Shown: positions 1-9,694 of the stretch, piece after piece | Layout of the letters: every line of letters begins with the position of its first letter | How positions within the stretch are numbered: the stretch's first letter is position 1 | Source of the DNA: Crocinitomicaceae bacterium | GTDB taxonomy: Bacteria > Bacteroidota > Bacteroidia > Flavobacteriales_D > Crocinitomicaceae | Direction: 5' to 3' | NCBI GenBank assembly: GCA_044372485.1 | Contig: JBILRU010000001.1 | Coordinates: forward strand, 9,709-73,708 | DNA: 64,000 bases | Notes under the pieces: model-generated | The model's database searches: none | The model's input: only the letters and a program-made list of their open reading frames with translations | What the model was told of the DNA's origin: nothing | Program-made: the position numbers and the translations under genes

Positions 1-609
1 TTGATTCAGAAGGACGAAGTGTTAAGAGATGGCAGTAACCTTCGTTTAACCATTGCGCGTTATTATACGCCTTCGGGACGCTGTATCCAACGCTCATACA
101 AAGGAGGCTACGATAATTACATGAGGGATGAGGATCGCATCACCCGAAACGAATACTTCAAGCCAGATAGTTCCATATTTGTCGATTCATTGAAATTCAA
201 GACAAAACACGGACGAACAGTTTATGGCGGCGGGGGAATTATGCCCGATGTTTTTGTTCCAGGGGACACTTCTGGAAGCTCGTTTTACTTGACAGAATTG
301 CAATGGAGTGGAGCAGCAAGAGCTTTTGCCTTCGATTTTATGCAAGTAAACCGCACAAAATGGTCGACAGCCAAAGAATTTGTTCAACAGTTTGAAGTAA
401 GTGAGGAATTATTGAAACGCTTTGTTTCTTTTGCACAAAAAGACTTTCATGTTCAAAAAGACCCTCTTGGATTAGCGGTGAGCAAAGAATTGATTAAGCG
501 GATGCTCAAAGCGGAAATTGCTAGTCAAAGTTGGACAGAGGAAGGATATTACCGGGCCCTGAATCCATTTGACAAAGAACTTATGAAAGCAATTTCCTGT
601 TTTCGTTAA
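1..609 (+). CDS. S41 family C-terminal processing peptidase, 3' fragment (N-terminus lies upstream of the window)
   Basis: The ORF is open to the window edge. RLTIARYYTPSGRCIQRSY is typical of the S41/Ctp region after the catalytic domain. Confidence 0.75.
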   Translation: MIQKDEVLRDGSNLRLTIARYYTPSGRCIQRSYKGGYDNYMRDEDRITRNEYFKPDSSIFVDSLKFKTKHGRTVYGGGGIMPDVFVPGDTSGSSFYLTELQWSGAARAFAFDFMQVNRTKWSTAKEFVQQFEVSEELLKRFVSFAQKDFHVQKDPLGLAVSKELIKRMLKAEIASQSWTEEGYYRALNPFDKELMKAISCFR

Positions 610-614
610 GAGAC

Positions 615-728
615 TTATTTTTTTCTTTCGGAAAAGAACAAAACAATAAAAATACCAACCATTGCCAGTATAGTAAAAGTAGCAACCCAGAAAGAACTTC
701 CAATTGCTAAAGGTAAAAGTATGTTCAT
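615..728 (-). CDS. Candidate 37-aa single-pass membrane micro-protein, not in the ORF track
   Basis: Hand translation gives MNILLPLAIGSSFWVATFTILAMVGIFIVLFFSERKK, with ATG 728-726 and TAA 617-615. It has one hydrophobic helix and a basic tail. A TAATTTTC motif (near TAnnTTTG) sits 12 nt upstream. Confidence 0.2.
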   Translation of the reverse strand: MNILLPLAIGSSFWVATFTILAMVGIFIVLFFSERKK

Positions 729-889
729 GGCGTTTTTTATGAAAATTAGTTGTTTATCACGTGCGCTTGTCGGGAAATGAACATTGACACAAAAGAAATT
801 ATTAAAGGCGCCATGTCAACGATAATAGCTTGACTTTTAGAATGATTATTAAACTCCTTTTGCTGGTAAAGGACATCAGAGCAATGGGC

Positions 890-1744
890 TTAAAACAATT
901 TTTCTTGCCAATTTGCTGCTTGATTTTCAGATAATAATCCTAATTCTAATAATTCAGAAACCACCTTTTCAAAGTCTTGATGTGTCAATTCTTTGCCATA
1001 ATTCCACTCGGTTTGGTTTAGCCATTTCTGAACCTCTTCCAGAGGCAAAGCATACCTCCACGCAAATTGTTCTGCTGAATTCGACTGACTTTTGAGGCGA
1101 TAGGCTTCCTTTTGAACAACAGCCGCCATTTTACGCAACAATGCTTCATCCGAATGAAGCAACTCACTTCTTACAGCAATCACAAAGCATGGCCAAGGCG
1201 TTAGGACCTCATCCAGCAATCGACATTTACCTTGCTCTACAAAAGGGGAAGTGGTGAATTTTTCCCAGAGAAATCCTTGAGCTTCACCATTGTTTAAGGC
1301 CCAAATTCCACCATAAACATCTCCCACAACATTAAACTTTAATTCATCTAAATTCCATTTTTCCTTTTGTGCCTTCACATAAGCCATGAGGTGTGACCCT
1401 GAGCCTTCTCTTGAAATCGCAAATGTTTCCCCGGCTAAGTCACTGACCTTTTTTATGGTTTGATCAGCTGGAACGTGTAATCCCCAACACAATGGACTTG
1501 CCACATAAACGTTCAGTATTTTTGCGTCAAGTCCTTGTAAAATTGCGCGTGTAATTCCTTCTGTCAATAGAACAGCAATATCTATGGACCCAGCTTGGAG
1601 TCCTTTAATCATCTGGCCGGTACCGCCTGTCATATCGGACCAATGCAATTCAAGACCTAAGGGCTGAAAAACACCTTCCTCAATCGCGTTTCGCCATGGA
1701 AGATTAAAATGTTCTGGCACTCCGCCTATTTTAAACCGCTTCAT
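890..1744 (-). CDS. NMT1/THI5-like substrate-binding-fold protein with no signal peptide
   Basis: 284 aa. The N-terminus KIGGVPEHFNLPW and overall pattern resemble type-II periplasmic-binding-fold proteins. There is no hydrophobic leader. ATGA overlaps the upstream ABC gene at 1741-1744. Confidence 0.55.
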   Translation of the reverse strand: MKRFKIGGVPEHFNLPWRNAIEEGVFQPLGLELHWSDMTGGTGQMIKGLQAGSIDIAVLLTEGITRAILQGLDAKILNVYVASPLCWGLHVPADQTIKKVSDLAGETFAISREGSGSHLMAYVKAQKEKWNLDELKFNVVGDVYGGIWALNNGEAQGFLWEKFTTSPFVEQGKCRLLDEVLTPWPCFVIAVRSELLHSDEALLRKMAAVVQKEAYRLKSQSNSAEQFAWRYALPLEEVQKWLNQTEWNYGKELTHQDFEKVVSELLELGLLSENQAANWQEKLF

Positions 1745-3516
1745 AATTCGTTTTGATTAAAAAATTGCCTGTCGTACAATCGTTTATAATAACCACCGTC
1801 TATTTTTAGCAACTCCTGATGATTTCCAATTTCAACCAATTCGCCTTTTTCCATCACCACAATTCGATCCGCTTTTTGAATGGTGGATAAGCGATGTGCA
1901 ATGACGATAGATGTCCTTCCAGACGTGATTTTATCAGTAGCCCGTTGAATCAACTGCTCACTATCACTATCAACATTCGACGTTGCTTCATCCAAAATTA
2001 AAATTTGAGGCGCGTAAATGTATGCACGGATAAATGCGATTAATTGCCTTTGTCCGGCAGACAGCATGCCCCCCCTTTCACCAATTTCATGCTGATAATT
2101 ACCCGGTAATTTCATGATAAAATCATGCGCGCCTACTGCTTTTGCCGCAGATTCCACGTCCGCCTGAGAAAACTGTGAATCACCTAAAGTAATATTCGAA
2201 AAGATTGTTCCTGAGAAAAGGAAGACATCTTGTAATACAATCGCAATGTTTTTCCGCAACTCCGTCAGTTCTATCTCTTGTATGGGAACATTTCCAATGC
2301 TGATGGTTCCAGAATCATGTTCATAAAAGCGCCCAAGTAAATTGACGATAGATGTTTTTCCAGCACCAGTCGCGCCAACAAAAGCAACGGTTTCACCATG
2401 CTGAATAGTCAGGTGCACATTTTTCAACACTGGACTTCCTTCTACATAAGAAAAACAAACATTGTCAAAGTGCACAGGCTGAGCAAAATCCACATTGGTT
2501 AATGTGCCGCTGTCTTGTAAATCAGCATGTTCGTCAAGCACGTCAAATACTCTTTCTGCACGAACAGTTCCTCGTTGAAGAATATTAAATTTATCCGCAA
2601 GTTGTCTAATTGGACGATATAATTGATTTATCCATAAAGTAAATGCAAAAACCTCTCCGTACATTGAACGAATTTCATCGGATGATTTTCCGGACACATG
2701 TAACGCTCCCCAAACCAACAAAAATGCGATGGATAAAGAGCTCAGTATTTCTACAACAGGGAAAAAAATGGAGTTCGCCCATACCGCTTGAATGTGTGCT
2801 TGTTTGTGACCCTCATTAATCTTTTCAAAACGTTTATACTCTTCCCTTTCTCGATTAAACAATTGAACCACACTCATGCCACTTAATCGTTCTTGTACAA
2901 AGGTGTTCAGTCTAGTAACCGCCAAACGTTCTTTTTGAAAAGAATCCTTCATTGACTTTGCGAAAATTCTTGTTGCCAACAATAAAAAGGGAATCGGAAT
3001 GAGCGTCATCCATGCTAGTTCCCAATTATTCATGAACATGAGTACCAGAATAAAAATCAAAGAAAAACAATCCGAAATAATCTCCATAATTCCCGAAGAA
3101 AAAACCTCCGTAATTGCCTCCATGTCTGATACAACTCGCGTCACCATTGCTCCAACTGGATTTTTATCAAAATAAGACATGCGTAAACGAAGAAAATGTT
3201 CAATGATTTTCTTTCTCAAATCACGGATGACCGACTGTGCTAACAAGTTGGAGAAATAGGAAGAAATGAGCTGGAGAAATCCTTCTAACACCATGACACT
3301 TAACAGAAGTAAAGACCACCAAAGTAACATGGATGGATTTTGTGTTTGAACAATGTATTTGTCCACCATGCGTCCAATCAACAAAGGTCTTAAAGGGCCG
3401 GGAATGGAAAGCAAAATAACAGAAATCAGGGCAAGCGATAAATACTTGCGATATGGTTTCGCAAAGAACAATAAGCGTTTAAATAGCTTTTTTTTCTGTG
3501 GTTGATTTGAATTCAT
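1741..3516 (-). CDS. ABC transporter, fused permease/ATP-binding (exporter type)
   Basis: Walker A GATGAGKTS, signature LSAGQRQ, Walker B ILILDEATS, and an N-terminal six-helix TMD. The likely start is ATG 3516 (MNSNQPQKKK) rather than the longest ORF at 3549. Confidence 0.9.
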   Translation of the reverse strand: MNSNQPQKKKLFKRLLFFAKPYRKYLSLALISVILLSIPGPLRPLLIGRMVDKYIVQTQNPSMLLWWSLLLLSVMVLEGFLQLISSYFSNLLAQSVIRDLRKKIIEHFLRLRMSYFDKNPVGAMVTRVVSDMEAITEVFSSGIMEIISDCFSLIFILVLMFMNNWELAWMTLIPIPFLLLATRIFAKSMKDSFQKERLAVTRLNTFVQERLSGMSVVQLFNREREEYKRFEKINEGHKQAHIQAVWANSIFFPVVEILSSLSIAFLLVWGALHVSGKSSDEIRSMYGEVFAFTLWINQLYRPIRQLADKFNILQRGTVRAERVFDVLDEHADLQDSGTLTNVDFAQPVHFDNVCFSYVEGSPVLKNVHLTIQHGETVAFVGATGAGKTSIVNLLGRFYEHDSGTISIGNVPIQEIELTELRKNIAIVLQDVFLFSGTIFSNITLGDSQFSQADVESAAKAVGAHDFIMKLPGNYQHEIGERGGMLSAGQRQLIAFIRAYIYAPQILILDEATSNVDSDSEQLIQRATDKITSGRTSIVIAHRLSTIQKADRIVVMEKGELVEIGNHQELLKIDGGYYKRLYDRQFFNQNEL

Positions 3517-3595
3517 ACTTAGGTTCACAAAATTAACGCAATTCACCAATAATTGCCTTGTATTTAGGCACGCATGTATTGGTAAAACCCTGCAT

Positions 3596-3626
3596 TTTGT
3601 AGAAACTTTTTTTTAAGCTACCTTTG
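3596..3626 (+). promoter_or_regulatory. Bacteroidota sigma-A type promoter for prs
   Basis: TTTG (3596-3599), a 19-nt spacer, then TACCTTTG (3619-3626), 20 nt before the GTG start at 3646. Confidence 0.45.
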
Positions 3627-3645
3627 CGTTCAATTTTCGAAAGAC

Positions 3646-4575
3646 GTGGGAGTAAAAATATTTGCCGGTAGATCATCAGAAGCCCTTGCTACGAAAGTAG
3701 CGGAAAGTTTTGGCGTTAAACTTGGGGACGTTAAAGTAAGTGTTTTTAGTGATGGAGAATTTCAACCATCATTTGAAGAAACAGTGCGTGGACAGGATGT
3801 TTTTATTATTCAGTCTACGATGCCGCCAACTGAAAATTTATTCGAATTACTGTTATTGGTGGATGCGGCACGACGTGCTTCAGCGCGGAAAATAATTACT
3901 GTAATTCCGTATTTTGGATTTGCGCGCCAAGACAGAAAAGACAAACCGCGTGTAGCAATTGGAGCAAAACTAGTTGCTAATATGTTAATGGCTGCAGGTG
4001 TTGACCGTGTCATGACCATGGACTTACACGCAGATCAAATCCAAGGATTTTTTGAAGTACCTGTTGATCATTTATATGCTTCCACTTTGTTTTTAGCAGA
4101 AATTGAAAAACTTGACACCTCTAATTTAGTGGTTGTTGCTCCAGACGCTGGAGGTGCTAAACGGGCCAATTCGTACGCAAAGAATTTAAATTGTGGTTTG
4201 GCATTGTGTCACAAACACCGTAAAAGACCGAATGAAATTGCTGAAATGACTGTCATCGGAGACGTTGAAGGAAAAGATGTAATTATCATTGATGATATGT
4301 GTGATACAGCTGGTACATTAACAACTGCAGCGGACCTTTTAATTGAAAAAGGAGCAAAAAGTGTTCGTGCTTTCTGTACACACGCTGTTTTAAGTGGTCC
4401 TGCTTACGAACGCATAGAAAAATCTCAATTAACCGAACTAATCGTTACCGACACGATACCAATGTCTAAACACAGCGACAAAATACGCGTAATCACGGTG
4501 TCAGAATTGTTTGGAGACGTCATTAAACGTCTTGTAAACAACGAGTCAATTAGTTCTCATTTTGTAATCTCTTAA
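3646..4575 (+). CDS. prs: Ribose-phosphate pyrophosphokinase
   Basis: 309 aa. Contains the PRPP-synthase motifs YFGFARQDRK and VIIIDDMCDTAGT. GTG start. Confidence 0.95.
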   Translation: MGVKIFAGRSSEALATKVAESFGVKLGDVKVSVFSDGEFQPSFEETVRGQDVFIIQSTMPPTENLFELLLLVDAARRASARKIITVIPYFGFARQDRKDKPRVAIGAKLVANMLMAAGVDRVMTMDLHADQIQGFFEVPVDHLYASTLFLAEIEKLDTSNLVVVAPDAGGAKRANSYAKNLNCGLALCHKHRKRPNEIAEMTVIGDVEGKDVIIIDDMCDTAGTLTTAADLLIEKGAKSVRAFCTHAVLSGPAYERIEKSQLTELIVTDTIPMSKHSDKIRVITVSELFGDVIKRLVNNESISSHFVIS

Positions 4576-4586
4576 TTAATATATAC

Positions 4587-5204
4587 ATGAAAACAGCACA
4601 TTTGAGCGGTTCGCTTAGAACGAACGTAGGGAAAAAGGATGCTGCCAGCCTAAGAAATGCTGGTCTAGTTCCTTGTGTGCTTTACGGCCAAGGTGAGCAA
4701 ACTCACTTCTCAGTAAAGCGAACTGAAATGGACAAAATTGTTTATTCACCAGAAGTTTTCCAAGTAGCCTTGGATATCGACGGAAAAAAAGCAATGGGAA
4801 TCATTCGTGAATTGCAGCAGCACCCAACGAAAGACACTATTCAGCACGTTGACTTTTTGGAATTAAGCGACACGAAAACTGTTCGTGTAAAACTTCCAGT
4901 TAGATTAACAGGTTCTTCTCGTGGTGTAATGGCCGGTGGTAAATTAATGACCGTATTCCGTTCATTGCAATGCGTTGGATTAGCAAAAGACCTTCCAGAT
5001 GCAATTACATTAGATATTTCTAACTTGCGTATTGGTCAATCTATCCGTGTTAATAGCATTGAAATTCCTGGCGTTACTTTATTAGATCCTGCAAATGCAG
5101 TTGTTGTATCCGTTAAAATGGCTCGTGGAGCTGTTAAAGGTGCAGATGCTGACGACGAGGAAGAAGAAGAGACAGCAACGGAAACGGAAGCAACAGAAGC
5201 ATAA
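4587..5204 (+). CDS. rplY: 50S ribosomal protein L25 / general stress protein Ctc
   Basis: 205 aa with an L25/Ctc-like N-terminal domain (GKKDAASLRNAGLVPCVLYG) and an acidic C-terminal tail. It sits directly after prs, as in many bacteria. Confidence 0.88.
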   Translation: MKTAHLSGSLRTNVGKKDAASLRNAGLVPCVLYGQGEQTHFSVKRTEMDKIVYSPEVFQVALDIDGKKAMGIIRELQQHPTKDTIQHVDFLELSDTKTVRVKLPVRLTGSSRGVMAGGKLMTVFRSLQCVGLAKDLPDAITLDISNLRIGQSIRVNSIEIPGVTLLDPANAVVVSVKMARGAVKGADADDEEEEETATETEATEA

Positions 5205-5240
5205 TACCATTGGTGATGTTCATTCATCCCAAGACTTTCT

Positions 5241-5267
5241 AAACCGCCCTCGTGGCGGTTTTTTTTT
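5241..5267 (+). terminator. Rho-independent terminator after rplY
   Basis: Stem AAACCGCC/GGCGGTTT with a 5-nt loop, followed by a T-run to 5267. Confidence 0.7.
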
Positions 5268-5338
5268 GCCCAAATAACAAGATAATCTGTGACATCGTTT
5301 TCGAATTGATAATTGTTCCTTAATTTCGTTCTATCCAT

Positions 5339-6052
5339 ATGGCCACACAATCAATTGTTATTATTCCTACCTACAACGAACTCGACAATGTCGAGCCAAT
5401 GGCTCGTGCAATAATGGCGCTCGAAAGAAGTTTTGATATCCTGTTTATTGATGATCAATCTCCAGATGGAACGGCTCTAAAAATTGAAGAATTACAAGCC
5501 GAATACCCAGAGCGAATCCATTTAGAAAAAAGAAATGGAAAGCTTGGGCTTGGGACAGCATACATACACGGTTTTAAGTGGGCGCTCAATCACCAATACG
5601 ACTATATTTTCGAGATGGACTGTGATTTTTCTCATAATCCAAATGATTTAATACGACTATTAAAAAGCTGTGAATCAGGGGTTGATGTCTCTATTGGATC
5701 ACGCTATTGTCGAGGCGGACATGTGAAAAACTGGCCTATGAAACGCATTTTGATGAGTTATTTTGCCAGTGTATATGTGCGCATCATTTTGTTAATTGGT
5801 ATAAAGGACACCACTGCTGGATTCAAATGCTATCGAGCTGAAGTATTGAGAACGATTAAACTAGACCATGTTACCTTTAAAGGATATGCGTTTCAAATTT
5901 GTATGAAATATGCCGCGTTGAAACACGGTTTTAAGGTAAAAGAAATTCCCATTACGTTCATTGATCGCATTGTTGGAGAATCAAAAATGTCCACAGGAAT
6001 ATTTAAAGAAGCCTTCTTTGGTGTGTGGAAAATGCGAAAAATGGATTTATGA
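5339..6052 (+). CDS. GT2 polyprenol-phosphate mannosyltransferase (Dpm1-like)
   Basis: 237 aa. Contains IVIIPTYNE, DDQSPDGT, FEMDCDFSH and a TAGFKCY-type pattern typical of dolichyl/polyprenyl-phosphate glycosyltransferases. Confidence 0.8.
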   Translation: MATQSIVIIPTYNELDNVEPMARAIMALERSFDILFIDDQSPDGTALKIEELQAEYPERIHLEKRNGKLGLGTAYIHGFKWALNHQYDYIFEMDCDFSHNPNDLIRLLKSCESGVDVSIGSRYCRGGHVKNWPMKRILMSYFASVYVRIILLIGIKDTTAGFKCYRAEVLRTIKLDHVTFKGYAFQICMKYAALKHGFKVKEIPITFIDRIVGESKMSTGIFKEAFFGVWKMRKMDL

Positions 6053-7389
6053 ATAATTACTTGATCAAAGCCGGTACTATTGTCAATGAAGGAAAACAAT
6101 TCGTTGGTGATGTATTAATAATAAATGGACGCATTGAAAAAATTGCTGCGAGTATCGACTTGCCAAATGGCCTTACTGAAATCAATGCAGAAGGAAAATA
6201 TGTGTTACCGGGATGCATAGATGATCAAGTTCATTTTAGAGAACCAGGACTCACCCATAAAGGAACGATTTTTACAGAGTCAAGAGCTGCGGTTGCTGGA
6301 GGCATTACCTCATTTATGGAAATGCCAAATACCGTTCCTAATGCCTTGACACAAGAATTACTTGAAGATAAATACCAAATCGCCGCACAAACATCCTTGG
6401 CGAATTACTCCTTTTTTATGGGCGCTTCCAATGATAATCTAGCGGAAGTACTAAAAACAAATCACCAAAACATTTGCGGCATAAAGATCTTTATGGGCTC
6501 ATCAACGGGAAATATGTTGGTGGACAAAGAAGCGGTCTTAGAAAGCCTCTTTTCACGCGTTTCGATGCTTATTGCCACGCATTGTGAAGATGAATTAACG
6601 GTTAGAACCAACTTGGCGAGATATAAAGAACAATATGGCGAAGAGATTCCCATTGAGGCACACCCATTGATTCGCAGTGAAGAAGCTTGTTTTCTGTCGT
6701 CATCATTGGCAGTTTCCTTGGCAAAAAAATACAAATCGAGGCTACATATTTTACATATATCAACAGAAAGAGAAACACATTTATTTGACAATACGCTTCC
6801 ATTGGATAAAAAACAAATTACTGCGGAAGCCTGTATTCACCACCTTTGGTTTTCAGATCAAGATTACGCAGAAAAAGGAAATTTCATCAAATGGAATCCT
6901 GCCGTGAAAACCGCTGCAGACCGCGAAGGAATTTGGAAAGCTGTACTCGACAACCGTATTGATGTCATTGCAACTGATCATGCGCCTCATACTCTTGAAG
7001 AAAAATCAAATGCATATATGGGCGCTCCATCTGGCGGGCCTCTTGTTCAACATGCCTTAATTGCGATGTTAGAAAAAGTGCAAGAAGGACGGATCAGCAT
7101 TGAACGGGTTGTGGAAAAAATGGCACATGCACCAGCAACATTGTTCAGAATTCAAGAGCGCGGGTACATGCGCGAAGGATACCATGCTGATATTGTCATC
7201 GTTGATCCAAATAGACAAACATCGGTGCACAAAGAAAATTGTTTGTCCAAATGTGCTTGGTCACCTTTTGAGGGACACACTTTTTCACATGCAATAGACA
7301 GTACGTTTATCAATGGAAGACTGGCGTATTCAAAAGGAGAGATTTTTGAAGGAAAATCCGGTTCAAGGCTCTTATTTGCTGTTTCATGA
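6049..7389 (+). CDS. pyrC: Dihydroorotase (cyclic amidohydrolase family)
   Basis: Metal-binding DDQVHFREPG and ATDHAPH motifs. ATG 6049 makes an ATGA overlap with the upstream stop. The longest ORF starts at 6025. Confidence 0.85.
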   Translation: MNNYLIKAGTIVNEGKQFVGDVLIINGRIEKIAASIDLPNGLTEINAEGKYVLPGCIDDQVHFREPGLTHKGTIFTESRAAVAGGITSFMEMPNTVPNALTQELLEDKYQIAAQTSLANYSFFMGASNDNLAEVLKTNHQNICGIKIFMGSSTGNMLVDKEAVLESLFSRVSMLIATHCEDELTVRTNLARYKEQYGEEIPIEAHPLIRSEEACFLSSSLAVSLAKKYKSRLHILHISTERETHLFDNTLPLDKKQITAEACIHHLWFSDQDYAEKGNFIKWNPAVKTAADREGIWKAVLDNRIDVIATDHAPHTLEEKSNAYMGAPSGGPLVQHALIAMLEKVQEGRISIERVVEKMAHAPATLFRIQERGYMREGYHADIVIVDPNRQTSVHKENCLSKCAWSPFEGHTFSHAIDSTFINGRLAYSKGEIFEGKSGSRLLFAVS

Positions 7390-7718
7390 TAAAATTGTTT
7401 CCCATTTTATGTTTCCTCTTTTTCCTTGTGGCTTGTCAAGAAACGACCACTAAAAAACCCATGCAGCTGATTGATGAGGAAAAGATGAGTCTTGTTTTAG
7501 AAGAGGTCTTACTCATGGAGAGTCATTACCAAAGTAAACATGGTGTTCCGGGTATTTACAAAGACGCATTGGATGAATCGCTCAAAGGGATTTTTAAAAA
7601 ACACCATGTGACAAAGAAGCAATTCAAAGATAGTTATGTGTACTATGCGAGTCAGCCTGAACAGTTCAAAGCGCTCAACACATCTATAATGGATAGATTA
7701 AGCCGTCAAATACCTTAG
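7386..7718 (+). CDS. Small lipoprotein (DUF4296-like, by recall)
   Basis: 110 aa. Signal peptide plus lipobox FLVAC. ATGA overlap with pyrC. Confidence 0.55.
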   Translation: MIKLFPILCFLFFLVACQETTTKKPMQLIDEEKMSLVLEEVLLMESHYQSKHGVPGIYKDALDESLKGIFKKHHVTKKQFKDSYVYYASQPEQFKALNTSIMDRLSRQIP

Positions 7719-8539
7719 AAACTGTGGTGCTCAGCACGAACAGGATAACCTAGAAAACGCTCCGCTTTCTCATTAAATACAGCTGCAGATTCAGAACTAA
7801 AAAATTCACGTTGACCACTTTTCGACAATTTTTGATCCATTTCCGGATGTGCTAATAGGTATTCTGCTAATTTCTTCGCAACAATCGGCCCCTGAGACAC
7901 CACATGAATGTGTTTTCCTGCGATTTGCTGTATTTTTTTCTCAATTACTGGATAATGTGTACATGCGAGAACAATCGTGTCAATTAGAGGGTCGTTTTTT
8001 AATAGCTCCTGGACATCCTCCTCTATGAAATGGATTCCCGCTGGATGTTGGTGTTTTTCATTTTCTATTAATGGCACCCACATCGGACAAGCATGTTGAG
8101 AGACCAAAATGTCCGGTGCAAATTTTTTCAATTCGATCAAATAAGATTCACTTTGAACAGTACCCGTTGTACCAAGTATTCCGACATGACGCGTTTTGCT
8201 TAGAAAGCCAATTTCCTCCGTGCTTGGGCGAATGACCCCTAGCACGCGTTTTTCCGGAGCTATTCTAGGTAAGTCTTGTTGTTGAATGGTGCGAAGTGCT
8301 TTAGCAGAAGCTGTATTACACGCTAATACAATTAACGGACAGCCTTTGTCAAACAGAAACTGAACGGCTTCAAGCGTGTATTCATACACAACGTCAAAAG
8401 AGCGGTTTCCATAAGGCGCTCTTGCGTTGTCGCCAAAATACACATAATCATAATCCGGTAGTGCTTTTTGCACTTCATCAAAAACGGTTAATCCACCATA
8501 GCCAGAGTCAAAAATACCGATGGGAGCTCTTTTGTTCAT
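7715..8539 (-). CDS. murI: Glutamate racemase
   Basis: GIFDSGYGGLTV, LACNTAS and LACTHYP motifs. Confidence 0.93.
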   Translation of the reverse strand: MNKRAPIGIFDSGYGGLTVFDEVQKALPDYDYVYFGDNARAPYGNRSFDVVYEYTLEAVQFLFDKGCPLIVLACNTASAKALRTIQQQDLPRIAPEKRVLGVIRPSTEEIGFLSKTRHVGILGTTGTVQSESYLIELKKFAPDILVSQHACPMWVPLIENEKHQHPAGIHFIEEDVQELLKNDPLIDTIVLACTHYPVIEKKIQQIAGKHIHVVSQGPIVAKKLAEYLLAHPEMDQKLSKSGQREFFSSESAAVFNEKAERFLGYPVRAEHHSF

Positions 8540-8551
8540 GGTTCAAAACTA

Positions 8552-8582
8552 AACAAAAAAGGCAATCACATGGATTGCCTTT
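8552..8582 (-). terminator. Hairpin and T-run after the second skp gene
   Basis: On the minus strand, stem AAGGCAATC/GATTGCCTT with a 5-nt loop, followed by TTTTTTGTTT. Confidence 0.5.
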
Positions 8583-8602
8583 CGTGTTAATATTTCTTCA
8601 AA

Positions 8603-9118
8603 TTATTTTTTGCTTGACGCTGCGTCTAGAATCAACAACTCCGTAATTACTTCGTTTGTTATATCCATTCCGCCTTTGTAATACATCGTCATGGAAGATT
8701 GATCTAACACATAATTTAATTTTTTGCGCTCTGAAACAATTTCAATCGCTTTTTGAACACGCTCCAAGATTGGTTGATTCAACTGTTCACTATACGTTTT
8801 TAACTCCTGCTCCAATTCGCCTTGACGTGTTTCCAAGTTTTGTTGCATACGCATTAATTTGTTCTGCTCATTCTCTTTAATCATTGGGGGCATATCATTT
8901 CCTTTTTCCATGAAAATTTTATACGCAGATTCAAACGCTTTCTGCATTTCTTCTAGTTCCAACACGCCCGATTTTTGAATTTGGTCTAATTGAGAAATCG
9001 CTGCTTTGCGAGAAGGCATCGTATCCAATAATTTTTGTGAATCCACATGTGCTACTTTCGATTGAGCTGCTGCTCCAAATCCAATAAATAAAACCAATCC
9101 TAATAGTAAATTTTTCAT
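8603..9118 (-). CDS. OmpH/Skp family periplasmic chaperone
   Basis: 171 aa with a signal peptide and a long Q/E/K-rich coiled coil. It lies downstream of bamA. Confidence 0.8.
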   Translation of the reverse strand: MKNLLLGLVLFIGFGAAAQSKVAHVDSQKLLDTMPSRKAAISQLDQIQKSGVLELEEMQKAFESAYKIFMEKGNDMPPMIKENEQNKLMRMQQNLETRQGELEQELKTYSEQLNQPILERVQKAIEIVSERKKLNYVLDQSSMTMYYKGGMDITNEVITELLILDAASSKK

Positions 9119-9130
9119 TCCTTATCTGTG

Positions 9131-9643
9131 TTACTTTGTTATACCCATTTCTTCGAGAACTGAATCGCTCATGTCGAATTCCTTCTCTGCATAAACCAAA
9201 TTGCTTTGATTTGCTTTATCAAAAACGAAGGAGTATCCTTCTCTCTTTGCTACTTTTTTCATTGCTGTAAAGACTCTATCTTGAATAGGCTTTATTAACT
9301 CTTGGCGCTTTTGAAAGTAATCCCCTTCAGAACCAAAATGCTGTGTTTGCAAATCGATGACGTCTTTTTCCAGTTTTTCAATTTCGCTTTTGCGTTTTTC
9401 TTTTTCCTCTTTCGGAAGAAGTACTTCTTCACGGTCAAAACTTGACTTTTTCGTTTTAATGACCTCGTAACGTTCTTCAATTTCTTTGGTCCAACGTTCA
9501 GCCATTTTATCGAGACGTTCTTTTGCCTCAACATATTCCGGCACGTTTTTCAAGATGAAATCCGAATCAATAAACGCATACGATTGTGCATTGGCAAATC
9601 GCATGCCAAAAAACAAGATAAAAAGAAAACAATACTTTGACAT
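9131..9643 (-). CDS. OmpH/Skp family periplasmic chaperone (paralog)
   Basis: 170 aa with a signal peptide and a K/E-rich helical core. Tandem with the previous gene, the usual Bacteroidota arrangement. Confidence 0.8.
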   Translation of the reverse strand: MSKYCFLFILFFGMRFANAQSYAFIDSDFILKNVPEYVEAKERLDKMAERWTKEIEERYEVIKTKKSSFDREEVLLPKEEKEKRKSEIEKLEKDVIDLQTQHFGSEGDYFQKRQELIKPIQDRVFTAMKKVAKREGYSFVFDKANQSNLVYAEKEFDMSDSVLEEMGITK

Positions 9644-9694
9644 ATAAAAAATTGTTTCTAAAGAACGACGAAGTTAAACATTTATTGTAATATT

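Noticed and set aside
7715-7718. Convergent genes sharing overlapping stop codons (TTAG or TTAA). The same occurs at 21394-21397 and 29723-29726.
   Set aside because: This is real but simply reflects genome compaction. I have no evidence of regulatory significance.
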